The translations under genes and the position numbers were made by a program. Of a stretch of 33,134 nucleotides of DNA, positions 6,900-16,118 are shown piece by piece. Each line of letters starts with the position of its first letter. Positions within the stretch are counted from its first letter, which is position 1. Source of the stretch: Acutalibacteraceae bacterium (lineage in GTDB: Bacteria > Bacillota > Clostridia > Oscillospirales > Acutalibacteraceae); NCBI GenBank assembly GCA_045611905.1, contig JAZKYB010000214.1, positions 1-33,134 on the forward strand, read 5' to 3'. The notes under the pieces are model-generated. The model did no database searches. It was not told where the DNA came from and worked only from the letters and a program-made list of their open reading frames with translations.

Positions 6900-8256
6900 T
6901 TTTTTAATTATGTATGAAGTTACCACAAGAGAAATGGAAAGCATAATTCTTCTTGGTAACGAACTCAAAAGCAGAGGATATACTGTTGATTATTTCAGTT
7001 TCGAGCACTGCAATTTGAAAAAATATCTTCAAAATAAGAAAATAATTAAAAAATATCACAATAATGTTGAAGTTGTTCTTATGCCATCGCTCTATCACGA
7101 TAAAGAAGTGTATTATCTTGTTAATTATGTGTGCGGCAACTGCAAAAACATAGTTAATTTGCGTTGGGAACAAACCTTTAATTATCAAAACGAAAAAAAT
7201 TATGACAGTTATCACTATCCCCATGGCGATGCTAAAAAGGCATATCATTTGTGTTGGGGCGAAAACAGTTATAACTGTATGCAAGAAGCAGGTGTGGATA
7301 AATCAAAGCTTCTTCTTTGCGGACCTGTTCATTTAGACTTTTTGCGACCACAGTTTAAAGATTATTATTACAGCCGTGAGGAATTATTTAAGCGTTATGA
7401 TATTCCCACCGATAAAAAGTGTGTGCTTTTTATTTCTTCATTTGCTATCGCCACAAGAACAAATCGACAGGTAAAACTTGAAGAAGAAAGCGCCGGTCAA
7501 GCATTGTTTGGCAATGCCGTTCAAAAGGAACAAATAACCCGAAACGCTTATCTTGAATGGATAGAAGCATTATTGCAAAAAGATACCTGCACATTTATAT
7601 ATCGCCCCCATCCCGTTGAAAATGTTTTGGGCGACTTGGACGAACTTTGCAAAAAATATAAAAACTTCCGTGTGATTTCTGACTTTTCGGTAAAGCAATG
7701 GATTTTGCGATGTGACGCACTTGTTACTTGGGTTAGCACCTCTATTGCAGAGGCGTTTTATGCCAACAAAACCTGCCTTATTGCTCGTCCCTTTAAAATT
7801 GAACAAAGTCAGGATATGTGCCTTTATAAAGATTCTAAGATTTTATATACCAAAGAAGAATTTGTAAATGCAGCCGTTAAAACCTCAGAATTAACGGTTT
7901 CACCATCAATAATGAAGGAATATTACGATTACGGCGAAACCCCGTCGTATATACGCCTTTGTAACGAGCTTGAAAAAATTATTGCTGATAAGGGCGATAA
8001 ATTCCCGTGGGACGAAGAAAAAATCAAAGAATTTAAGTCTCACAAAGCAAAGTATATTATTCAAAGCTTGCTTGTGGCGGTTTATATTCCAATACTTAAT
8101 TTGATGGGCAAAATAAGGGAAAAAACAAAAATTTCTTATGGTGCACTTAACGGCAGAGTGGATAGTTATAGAAAAGCACTTACCGTTAAACACATTAAAT
8201 TGGCAGATGAAAAAACAATAAATGACATTACCGAAAAAATAAAGAAATTTATGTAG
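6883..8256 (+). CDS. Uncharacterised surface-carbohydrate biosynthesis protein; candidate GT-B-like CMP-ulosonic-acid (sialyl/Kdo-type) transferase
   Basis: 458 aa, soluble. It contains FIYRPHPVE (an HP motif of the kind described in bacterial sialyl- and Kdo-transferases) and WVSTSIAEAF. It lies between wzy and wzx, near the nonulosonate activation and synthesis genes. ATG 6883 was chosen because AGAGG lies 9 nt upstream. It overlaps the wzy 3' end by 17 nt. Confidence 0.35.
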   Translation: MKKKYDFLIMYEVTTREMESIILLGNELKSRGYTVDYFSFEHCNLKKYLQNKKIIKKYHNNVEVVLMPSLYHDKEVYYLVNYVCGNCKNIVNLRWEQTFNYQNEKNYDSYHYPHGDAKKAYHLCWGENSYNCMQEAGVDKSKLLLCGPVHLDFLRPQFKDYYYSREELFKRYDIPTDKKCVLFISSFAIATRTNRQVKLEEESAGQALFGNAVQKEQITRNAYLEWIEALLQKDTCTFIYRPHPVENVLGDLDELCKKYKNFRVISDFSVKQWILRCDALVTWVSTSIAEAFYANKTCLIARPFKIEQSQDMCLYKDSKILYTKEEFVNAAVKTSELTVSPSIMKEYYDYGETPSYIRLCNELEKIIADKGDKFPWDEEKIKEFKSHKAKYIIQSLLVAVYIPILNLMGKIREKTKISYGALNGRVDSYRKALTVKHIKLADEKTINDITEKIKKFM

Positions 8257-8284
8257 GTATTAACGTAAGATAATGGTGATATAA

Positions 8285-9697
8285 GTGAACAAATTAAAAT
8301 ATTTGATGCAAAACACGGCGATTTTTGCAATAAGCCAGTTTACATCAAAAATAATGGTATTTTTGTTGTTGCCTTTATACACTTCGTATATGACAACAAC
8401 CGAATACGGCAGCGCAGACCTTGTTTTTTCAACGATAAGTCTGTTACTTCCCATATTTACAGTGCAAATAGCAAGTGCTGTAATGCGTTTTGCTATAGAA
8501 GATAAGGAAAAAGGCAACATTTACTATATTAAAGGGCTAAAGGTTACATTAATTGGCTTTGTGATTTTGCTTTGCCTTTGCCCTGTTTTTATTAAGCTTA
8601 ATCTTTTTGGCGAGCATTTGTATCTTTTCTACTTTTTATATATAACAAATGCAGTATACAATTTATTAAGCTATTACGCCCGTGCACTTGACAGATTAAA
8701 ACTTGTTGGTGTGGTGGGTGTAATAAATACAGCCGTTGTTGTTGGCGCAAACATAGTTTTGCTTATATTCTTTAAACTTGGCGTTTTTGGGTATCTTGTT
8801 TCTTACATTGCAGGATATTTCATCGGTTCGCTTGTTTTTGCCATAGCACTTAAAAAGGACATTAAAATTAAAGTTCACAAAAATAGCAAGGCCGAAATGA
8901 CCGAAATGACAAAATATTCTTTACCGCTTGTTCCAAACAGCATTTCTTGGTGGGGTGTTAGCACCGCCAACAAGTATATTGTTAACGGATATTTAAGCGA
9001 AAGTGTATTGGGACTATATTCGGTGGCGCTTAAAATACCCACAATTATAAATACAATTCAAAACATTTTGGCCGAAGCTCTTGTGTTGTCGGTGCTTAAA
9101 GAATATGACAGCGAAGAAAAAGATGAAAAATATTTCACACTTCTTTATAAAATGTATAATTTTTGCATTACATTTTTTACCGCAGGGGTAATACTTGGCA
9201 CAAAAATACTTGCAAAAATATTATTCGCTAACGATTTTTATCAGGGCTGGATTTATGTTCCGCTTTTGTGCATACCGTCGGTATGGGGCGCACTTGCGGG
9301 ATATTTGGGAACATTCTATTCCGCTTCGAAAAAGAACAATGGTATGTTTTTATCTACTGTAATCGGCGGTGTAATAACAATTGCATTTTCATTTGCTACC
9401 ATTAAAGACTTTGAAATCATGGGCGTTGTTTTTGGAAACATAATATCTTATTTTGTTATTTTCTTATATAGGTATATTGACGTCAAAAAATATGTTAAAC
9501 TGCAAATAAATATGGTTAAAGATGTAATTGGTTGGGCATTGCTTTTCGTGCAGTCGTTTGCAATTATGTATCTTGACAATATGCTTTTAGCATATTCAAT
9601 AAATATAGTTTGCGTATTGCTTGTAATGGCATTAAATAAAGAACTTATTGTTATGCTTATAAACGGTATAAAAAGCAAGCTGAAAGTAAGGGGATAA
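8285..9697 (+). CDS. wzx: Wzx-type oligosaccharide flippase (MOP/polysaccharide biosynthesis protein family)
   Basis: About 12-14 TM segments. The N-terminus NTAIFAISQFTSKIMVFLLLPLYTSYMTTTEYG is typical of PST-family flippases. GTG start at 8285; the alternative is ATG 8306. Confidence 0.75.
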   Translation: MNKLKYLMQNTAIFAISQFTSKIMVFLLLPLYTSYMTTTEYGSADLVFSTISLLLPIFTVQIASAVMRFAIEDKEKGNIYYIKGLKVTLIGFVILLCLCPVFIKLNLFGEHLYLFYFLYITNAVYNLLSYYARALDRLKLVGVVGVINTAVVVGANIVLLIFFKLGVFGYLVSYIAGYFIGSLVFAIALKKDIKIKVHKNSKAEMTEMTKYSLPLVPNSISWWGVSTANKYIVNGYLSESVLGLYSVALKIPTIINTIQNILAEALVLSVLKEYDSEEKDEKYFTLLYKMYNFCITFFTAGVILGTKILAKILFANDFYQGWIYVPLLCIPSVWGALAGYLGTFYSASKKNNGMFLSTVIGGVITIAFSFATIKDFEIMGVVFGNIISYFVIFLYRYIDVKKYVKLQINMVKDVIGWALLFVQSFAIMYLDNMLLAYSINIVCVLLVMALNKELIVMLINGIKSKLKVRG

Positions 9698-9698
9698 A

Positions 9699-10385
9699 AT
9701 GAAAAATATTGCTATAATTACCGCACGTGGCGGTTCGAAACGAATTCCAAAGAAAAATATAAAAGAATTTTGCGGCAAGCCAATTATTGCTTACTCTATC
9801 GAAGCAGCGTTAAACAGCGGCATATATGATGTGGTTATGGTTTCAACCGACAGCGAAGAAATTGCCGAAATTGCTAAAAAATATGGTGCACAGGTGCCAT
9901 TTTTAAGAAGTGAAAAAACAAGCAACGACTTTGCCACAACAAGGGATGTGCTTGATGAAGTAATAGATGAATATAAAAAGCGTGGACAAAGCTTTGATGT
10001 TATGACCTGCATTTACCCAACCGCACCGTTTGTTACTGCACAAAAGTTGAAAGATGCCGTAACACAGCTTTCTGAAAGTGATGCCGACTGGGCAATGCCT
10101 GTAACAGCATACAGTTTCCCGCCCCAACGTGCAATGGTTATAAGGGACGGCGGGCTTGAGTATCAATACCCCGAATACAAAAACACCCGCAGTCAAGACC
10201 TTGAACCTATTTATCACGATTGCGGACAGTTTTATGTTTATAAAATTGATGTATATAGCGGCGCAAAACAAGGTAGTGGTAAAGTTTTGCCGCTTATCAC
10301 CCCCGAAGAAGAAACACAGGATATTGACAACATTTCAGACTGGATTATTGCTGAAATTAAATACCAAAAATTTATAGAAAAATAA
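9699..10385 (+). CDS. Acylneuraminate/nonulosonate cytidylyltransferase (NeuA/PseF/LegF-like CMP-sugar synthetase)
   Basis: IAIITARGGSKRIPKKNIKEFCGKPIIAYSIEAAL...VSTDSEEIAEIAKKYGAQVPFLR matches the CTP_transf_3 signature. At 228 aa it is the short PseF/NeuA form. It starts 1 nt after the wzx stop. Confidence 0.8.
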   Translation: MKNIAIITARGGSKRIPKKNIKEFCGKPIIAYSIEAALNSGIYDVVMVSTDSEEIAEIAKKYGAQVPFLRSEKTSNDFATTRDVLDEVIDEYKKRGQSFDVMTCIYPTAPFVTAQKLKDAVTQLSESDADWAMPVTAYSFPPQRAMVIRDGGLEYQYPEYKNTRSQDLEPIYHDCGQFYVYKIDVYSGAKQGSGKVLPLITPEEETQDIDNISDWIIAEIKYQKFIEK

Positions 10386-10400
10386 GAACGGAGTGAAGAA

Positions 10401-11606
10401 ATGAACAAAACCGATTCAATAAAACGAAATTATAGAGCGGATAATTTTGTTCGATTTCTTCTTGACGGTAAAAGAGAAATTACCAATGAAGAGGTCGAGA
10501 TAAGAAAGAAAAATCTCGGCCTTTCTTCTTTAAATGGGCCTTTTGCGGTGGCAATGGTGGCACCCGATTATTCACCTATAAGGTTTGATGAAAAGGATGC
10601 ATTTTTTGCCGAATACGAGGGCTTTATTGAAGAATATTTCAGCAAAACAGAAGCTTTTGTGTATTCTTTTATGAATACATTAAATAATATTGTTGTGTTG
10701 TTTGCTTTTAATGGCAAAAATGTAACAGTTGACGATTTAAATAATATATTTTTAGATTTGCACAAAAAACTTTTAGAAAAATACTTTTTAGAAGTTTTTA
10801 TAGGAATAGGAAATATTGTCCATAATTATAAAGGGATAGCGGAATCTGCTTCTAATGCACAGGAAATGCTAAGCTTCAAATATCAGTATGCCGATAATGG
10901 TGTTGCAAATATTTCTACAATGGTTAGGTTTCAGTATAATGTTAGTTATGGCAACGGCATTGAATTTGACCGTGTTATAGGTTGCTTTAAGGACGGAAAC
11001 CTTGGCAAAATGGAGGTGCGCCTTAACGAGCTGGTAGAAAGTGTAAGAAACCGACCCAATGTTTCAAACACAAGTATAAGAAGAACCCTTGTAGAACTTG
11101 CGGTGCAAATTCTTCACCTTGCTTCAAACGCAGGTGTTGATGTTGATAATGTGCTTGGCGACACCGACCCTTATCGCTTTATATTAAAGCAAAATCATAC
11201 CGAAATAATTACCGAATGGATTATGAAAATAAGTTCAAATCTTCTTAATCTTATTCAAATTAGGCATGAAAGCGAAGAAAAAACAGTTATACAAAAAGCA
11301 AAGGTTTATATTGAAGAAAATTTGTCAAACATTGATTTGGGGCTTATGCCGGTCAGTGAAGCGGTGGGGCTTTCAAGCACCTATTGCAGCCAGTTGTTTA
11401 AAAAAGAAGTTGGCGTTGGCATTGCAAATTATATAACTGACAGGCGTATATTGCGTGCAAAGTCATTGCTTAAAGAAACAAATCTTTCGGCGGCGGAAAT
11501 TTCACGACAAATTGGGTTTGTTTCGGCGGGATATTTTGGTCAAGTGTTTAAAAAGGCCGAAGGTATAACCCCGCAAGAGTACAGAAGAAATATCATAAAA
11601 AATTAA
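10401..11606 (+). CDS. AraC-family transcriptional regulator, YesN-like but lacking a receiver domain
   Basis: The C-terminal double HTH reads VSEAVGLSSTYCSQLFKKEVG...ITDRRILRAKSLLKETNLSAAEISRQIGFVSAGYFGQVFKKAEGITPQEYRR. The N-terminal 290 aa or so resemble the linker/sensor region of YesN-type regulators. No phospho-acceptor REC domain is present. Confidence 0.8.
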   Translation: MNKTDSIKRNYRADNFVRFLLDGKREITNEEVEIRKKNLGLSSLNGPFAVAMVAPDYSPIRFDEKDAFFAEYEGFIEEYFSKTEAFVYSFMNTLNNIVVLFAFNGKNVTVDDLNNIFLDLHKKLLEKYFLEVFIGIGNIVHNYKGIAESASNAQEMLSFKYQYADNGVANISTMVRFQYNVSYGNGIEFDRVIGCFKDGNLGKMEVRLNELVESVRNRPNVSNTSIRRTLVELAVQILHLASNAGVDVDNVLGDTDPYRFILKQNHTEIITEWIMKISSNLLNLIQIRHESEEKTVIQKAKVYIEENLSNIDLGLMPVSEAVGLSSTYCSQLFKKEVGVGIANYITDRRILRAKSLLKETNLSAAEISRQIGFVSAGYFGQVFKKAEGITPQEYRRNIIKN

Positions 11607-11691
11607 CATTATCGCTAAAAGTTGATATTGTGTTAAATGCTTTAAAAACATAAAATATTATAGCACGATGTAAAAAAGGAGGATGTATCCC

Positions 11692-12735
11692 TTGAACAGT
11701 ATGTGGGAAAAGGTTACCGAAGGCCAGGTTTACACCATTGCCGAAATGTCAGGTAATCACGCCGGAAATTTAGAAAATGCATTGGCAATTGTGCGTGCCG
11801 CCAAAGAGGCCGGTGCCGACTGTCTTAAAATTCAAACATACACGGCCGACACTATCACACTTGACAGTGATAACGAATGTTTTTATATTCACGGCGGCAC
11901 ATGGGATGGCTATCGCCTTTACCAGCTTTATCAAGAAGCAGGAACACCGCTTGAATGGAATAGTATAATTAAAGAAGAATGCGAAAAGGTTGGCATTGAT
12001 TTTCTTTCTACCCCGTTTGATAAAACTGCGGTTGACTTGCTTGAAGATATAGGTACCGAAATTTATAAAATCGCATCCCCTGAACTTATAGATATTCCGC
12101 TTATTGAATATGTGGCATCTAAAGGTAAGCCAATGCTTATTTCTTGCGGCATGGGTAGCGAGGATGAAATTAAAGAAGCGGTTGAAACCTGCTTAAAACA
12201 GGGTAATGATAAAATCATACTTTTAAAATGTTGCAGCGACTATCCTGCACAGTTTGATGAAATGAACCTTAATGCAATTCCTGATATGCAAAAGAAATAT
12301 AATGTTAAGGTTGGCCTTTCAGACCATTCTATGGGAAGTTTAGCATCGGTTGTGGCGGTGTCACTTGGTGCTTGTGTAATAGAAAAACACATGTGCTTAA
12401 GCCGAGATATAGAAAACCCCGACGCTTCGTTTTCTATGGAACCTGCCGAATTTAAAAAACTTGTAGACGACGTTAAAAATGCTCGTCTAACACTTGGTAC
12501 TGCAAATTATAAATTATCTGAAGGAGAACAACGCAGTAAGCTTTTCAGAAAGTCAATTTTCGTGGCCGAAGACATTAAAGCGGGTCAAGTGCTTACCGAA
12601 AAAAATATTCGTGTTGTACGCCCAAGCAACGGCTTACATCCGCGATATTATAATGAAATTTTAGGCAAAAAAACAACTAAAAACATTTCTAAAGGTACTC
12701 CGTTTGAGTGGAGTATGATAGAAGAAAAGGAGTAA
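11692..12735 (+). CDS. Nonulosonic acid synthase (NeuB/PseI/LegI family, with C-terminal SAF domain)
   Basis: YTIAEMSGNHAGNLENALAIVRAAKEAGADCLKIQTY...YKIASPE...GLSDHS...IEKH, plus the SAF domain FVAEDIKAGQVLTEKNIRVVRP. The block GTWDGYRLYQLYQEAGTPLEW looks PseI-like. TTG 11692 is preferred because GGAGG lies 9 nt upstream. The track ATG at 11683 abuts the SD with zero spacing. Confidence 0.8.
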   Translation: MNSMWEKVTEGQVYTIAEMSGNHAGNLENALAIVRAAKEAGADCLKIQTYTADTITLDSDNECFYIHGGTWDGYRLYQLYQEAGTPLEWNSIIKEECEKVGIDFLSTPFDKTAVDLLEDIGTEIYKIASPELIDIPLIEYVASKGKPMLISCGMGSEDEIKEAVETCLKQGNDKIILLKCCSDYPAQFDEMNLNAIPDMQKKYNVKVGLSDHSMGSLASVVAVSLGACVIEKHMCLSRDIENPDASFSMEPAEFKKLVDDVKNARLTLGTANYKLSEGEQRSKLFRKSIFVAEDIKAGQVLTEKNIRVVRPSNGLHPRYYNEILGKKTTKNISKGTPFEWSMIEEKE

Positions 12736-12740
12736 ATGTT

Positions 12741-14240
12741 ATGAAAAAAATTATTGCTTTAGTTCTTGCGCTTTGCTTGTGTATCGCAGTATTTGCAGGT
12801 TGCACCGGCAACACCAACACCGGCGTTCTCACTGTTGGTCTTGAAGCAGATATCGACAACTTTGATCCCTTCACAAACCAACAAAACCCCTTTGTAAGAT
12901 TTATTGGCTTTAACTGTTATGAAGCACTTTTCCATTATGATGAAAATATGGAACTTGTAATGGACCTTGCCACTTCTTATGAAAAGGTAAATGAAACAAC
13001 CTATACCTTTAAACTTAGAGAAAATGTAACCTTCCACAATGGTGAAGCATTTACTGCCGATGATGTAATTTATACCATTAACACCATTAAAGATAAGGAT
13101 GCGGGCGCTTGGAAATACAGCCAATTCAGCAATGTTGCTGAAATGAAGGCGTCAGATAAGTATACACTTGAAGTTAAACTTTCTGCACCACAAGCCGGCT
13201 TTATTGACAACCTCGCTTACACTTCTATCGTGTCAAAAAGCACTACCCCCGCATCACTTACCACAACTCCAATTGGCACAGGTGCGTTCAAGTTTGTTAG
13301 CTGGACACCTAATGACAGCATTAAATTTGAAAAATACGATGGTTATTGGGAAGCTGACAAGGTTGAACTTAACGAACTTGTTTTCAAAATCATACCAGAC
13401 CCAACTGTTGCGGTAACCAACCTTAAATCTAATACTATTCAGTTCCTTGGAAGTATTGATATTGAAACTGCAAATACAGTAGCAAACGATAACAAGCTTA
13501 CCCTTATGGAATCAAAGTCTGCAAGCACAGTTTATGAAGTTGAAATCGGCCGTCATAAAAACCCTGCCCTTGCCGACCCTGATGTTGTCAAAGCTATGTT
13601 CCTTGCGTTAGATAAAGAAACTGTTGCAGAGCAAGTGTTTGGCGGAAAAGCATCCGCTTCTAAGAGCCCATTCCCGTCGGTTGCTAAGTATTATTCAGAA
13701 GTTGATACTGACGGATATGATATTGAAAAAGCAAAGCAATTACTTGCCACCACCAAATATAAAGATGGTTTCGAATTTGAAGTTTATGTAATCAACGGTG
13801 ATTCTGCTTCTCAACAAACTATGATTATTTGGCAGTCAGCACTTAAAAAGCTTGGCATTGAAATGAAAATCAATACCTGCGAAGTTTCGGTATGGCTTGA
13901 TGCATACCTCAGCCGTAACTATGATATGATTGCTAACTATTATTCAATGGTTGGTACCGACCCATCAACCTATTGCTCGGTTATTATGACAGCACTTGCT
14001 GATTATCAAACTAAAGACCTTCCTGAGCTTAACAATCTTATTAACAGCAGTGCCAATGGCTCGGATGAAGCTGTAAGAGCTGCAAATTACAAGCAAATTC
14101 AAGAAATGATAGTTAAATATAAACCTGTTGCATCTTATGTGGAATGTGCAAACCTTAACGGTGCTGTTAAGGACCTTAGCGGTGTGGTTGTAAACGCTAT
14201 GGGTCACGGTTTCTTTAAGTATGCCAGCTTTACAAAATAA
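12741..14240 (+). CDS. ABC transporter substrate-binding lipoprotein, SBP family 5 (Opp/Dpp/Nik/SatA type)
   Basis: Signal peptide with lipobox MKKIIALVLALCLCIAVFAGC, about 500 aa, with family-5 blocks (LTVGLEADIDNFDP, FKLRENVTFHNGE.FTADDV). The RBS AAGGAG lies inside the end of the synthase gene, leaving a 5-nt gap. Confidence 0.8.
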   Translation: MKKIIALVLALCLCIAVFAGCTGNTNTGVLTVGLEADIDNFDPFTNQQNPFVRFIGFNCYEALFHYDENMELVMDLATSYEKVNETTYTFKLRENVTFHNGEAFTADDVIYTINTIKDKDAGAWKYSQFSNVAEMKASDKYTLEVKLSAPQAGFIDNLAYTSIVSKSTTPASLTTTPIGTGAFKFVSWTPNDSIKFEKYDGYWEADKVELNELVFKIIPDPTVAVTNLKSNTIQFLGSIDIETANTVANDNKLTLMESKSASTVYEVEIGRHKNPALADPDVVKAMFLALDKETVAEQVFGGKASASKSPFPSVAKYYSEVDTDGYDIEKAKQLLATTKYKDGFEFEVYVINGDSASQQTMIIWQSALKKLGIEMKINTCEVSVWLDAYLSRNYDMIANYYSMVGTDPSTYCSVIMTALADYQTKDLPELNNLINSSANGSDEAVRAANYKQIQEMIVKYKPVASYVECANLNGAVKDLSGVVVNAMGHGFFKYASFTK

Positions 14241-14260
14241 TTTAAAAAATTAAACTTATG

Positions 14261-14285
14261 CTGCCTGGGTAAAAAACTCGGGCAG
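14261..14285 (+). terminator. Intra-operon hairpin after the SBP gene (partial terminator or mRNA stabiliser)
   Basis: CTGCCTGGG-TAAAAAA-CTCGGGCAG forms a 9-bp stem with two G:U pairs. Only a weak, interrupted U-tract follows (CTTTGCTGACTTTT). Confidence 0.3.
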
Positions 14286-14314
14286 CTTTGCTGACTTTTA
14301 AAGGAGATAATTTA

Positions 14315-15280
14315 ATGCGCTTAACATCGACATTAAAATATATTGGTCGCCGCCTTTTGATGTCATTGGCCGTGCTTTTTATTGTTACGGTTATGATTTT
14401 CACCGTGGTGCGCCTTTCACCCGGTGATCCGGTGCAAAGCAGAATAGGTCCGCATGGCGATTATTCCCCCGAAAACATTGCCCGCATTGAAGCTGAATTG
14501 GGTCTTGATAAGCCCTTGATTGTACAATACGGAATATGGGTTAAAGACTGTGCTCAGGGTAATCTTGGTGTGTCGTTAAGAAATGGCGCCCCCATTACTG
14601 AAATTGTTATGGAAAAGCTTATGGTAAGTGTTGAACTTATAACAGTTGCCATAATTTTTGCTGTTATTTTGGCAATTCCGTTGGGAATTATATCGGGCAT
14701 AAAATCGGGCAGTCTTATTGACCAAATTGCAAGTGTTTTTTCAACCGGTTTTCTTGCCATGCCCAGTTTTTGCACGGGGCTTTTGCTTATAGTTGTGCTT
14801 TCGGTAAAGCTTAACATATTGCCCGCAAACGGCTATGTTCCTTTTTCGCAAAATCCAATGATGAACATTACATTTCTTATAATGCCTGCATTAACTTTGG
14901 GGCTTTATTTGATAGCGGTGCTTACCCGTTTTGTAAGAAGCGAAACGATGGAGGTTGTATCTTCTAATTATGTTCGTACCGCAAGGGCAAAGGGTATGCC
15001 AAGTTCGATAGTTAATAAAAGATATATACTTAAAAACATCACTACCACCCTTATAACAGTTGTTGGTATAGAATTTGCAACCTTGCTTGGTGGTACCGTT
15101 ATTGTTGAACAGCTTTTTGGTTGGTCAGGTCTTGGTTGGTATATATGCCAATCGGTTGCCAACCGTGACTATCCTGCTATACAAGGTTCGGTTCTCGTAA
15201 TTGCGGTGGCATTTGTAATCATCAATTTGCTTATGGATATTCTTTATGTTATCCTTGACCCTCGAATAGAGTTGGAGTAG
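14315..15280 (+). CDS. ABC transporter permease (OppB/DppB type)
   Basis: LKYIGRRLLMSLAVLFIVTVMIFTVVRLSPGDP N-terminus, the EAA-like loop YVRTARAKGM, and 6 TM segments. AAGGAG lies 8 nt upstream of ATG 14315. Confidence 0.88.
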   Translation: MRLTSTLKYIGRRLLMSLAVLFIVTVMIFTVVRLSPGDPVQSRIGPHGDYSPENIARIEAELGLDKPLIVQYGIWVKDCAQGNLGVSLRNGAPITEIVMEKLMVSVELITVAIIFAVILAIPLGIISGIKSGSLIDQIASVFSTGFLAMPSFCTGLLLIVVLSVKLNILPANGYVPFSQNPMMNITFLIMPALTLGLYLIAVLTRFVRSETMEVVSSNYVRTARAKGMPSSIVNKRYILKNITTTLITVVGIEFATLLGGTVIVEQLFGWSGLGWYICQSVANRDYPAIQGSVLVIAVAFVIINLLMDILYVILDPRIELE

Positions 15281-15284
15281 ATAT

Positions 15285-16109
15285 ATGTTAAAGAAGAAAA
15301 GTAAAATAAATTTTGTTACAATATTTGCGCTGATAATACTTTTTATAGTTTTGCTTATGGTTGTTTTCCCATCACTTTTCACTTCTTACGACCCGTTAGA
15401 AGTGGATATGGGCAAAAAACTTTTATCCCCAAGCGGCGAACATATCTTGGGCACTGACGAATATGGTAGAGATATTTTTTGCCGTATAGTTTACGGCGCA
15501 AGAAGTTCGGTTTCGGTTGGTTTGGGCACCGCATTGCTTTCGGCACTTTTGGGTGTTCCGCTTGGCCTTATCGCAGGTTATTACGGTGGCACAATTGATA
15601 ATATCATTATGCGTATAATGGATGCGTTTCAGTCATTCCCGTCAATACTTCTGGCCATTCTTCTAAGCACCATATTCGAAACATCGGTATTTTCGCTTAT
15701 ACTAACCATATCGGCGGTTAGTTTCCCGCGGTTTGCTAAATTAGTGCGAAGTAATGTGCTTACCATTAAAAAGCAAGATTATGTTTTAGCGGCAAGGGTT
15801 GCCGGTGTTAGCAAACCGTATATTTTGTTTAACACCATACTTAGAAACTGTATGTCAGTTGTGGTTGTACAGTTTTCAATGCTTACTGCAACCGCAATTC
15901 TTATTGAAGCAGGTATGAGCTTTTTGGGCCTTGGTCTTCAACCACCCGCACCGGCGTGGGGCTCTATGCTTTTTTATGCAAATAAGTATATAAATTCAAA
16001 TGTGTCATATATCTTAAGCCCAACTTTCACCATATTCCTTGTGGTGTTAAGCATCAATTTGTTGGGCGACGCGTTAAGGGATTTACTTGACCCTAAAAAG
16101 AAGAACTGA
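15285..16109 (+). CDS. ABC transporter permease (OppC/DppC type)
   Basis: HILGTDEYGRDIFCRIVYGARSS and YVLAARVAGVSK are characteristic of OppC/DppC permeases. Confidence 0.88.
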   Translation: MLKKKSKINFVTIFALIILFIVLLMVVFPSLFTSYDPLEVDMGKKLLSPSGEHILGTDEYGRDIFCRIVYGARSSVSVGLGTALLSALLGVPLGLIAGYYGGTIDNIIMRIMDAFQSFPSILLAILLSTIFETSVFSLILTISAVSFPRFAKLVRSNVLTIKKQDYVLAARVAGVSKPYILFNTILRNCMSVVVVQFSMLTATAILIEAGMSFLGLGLQPPAPAWGSMLFYANKYINSNVSYILSPTFTIFLVVLSINLLGDALRDLLDPKKKN

Positions 16110-16118
16110 GAGAACAAT

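Noticed and set aside
11683-11691. ATG at 11683 as the synthase start (as in the ORF track)
   Set aside because: The ATG directly abuts the GGAGG (zero spacing). The TTG at 11692 has a 9-nt spacing and ATG 11701 an 18-nt spacing, so TTG 11692 is preferred. This remains uncertain without N-terminal data.
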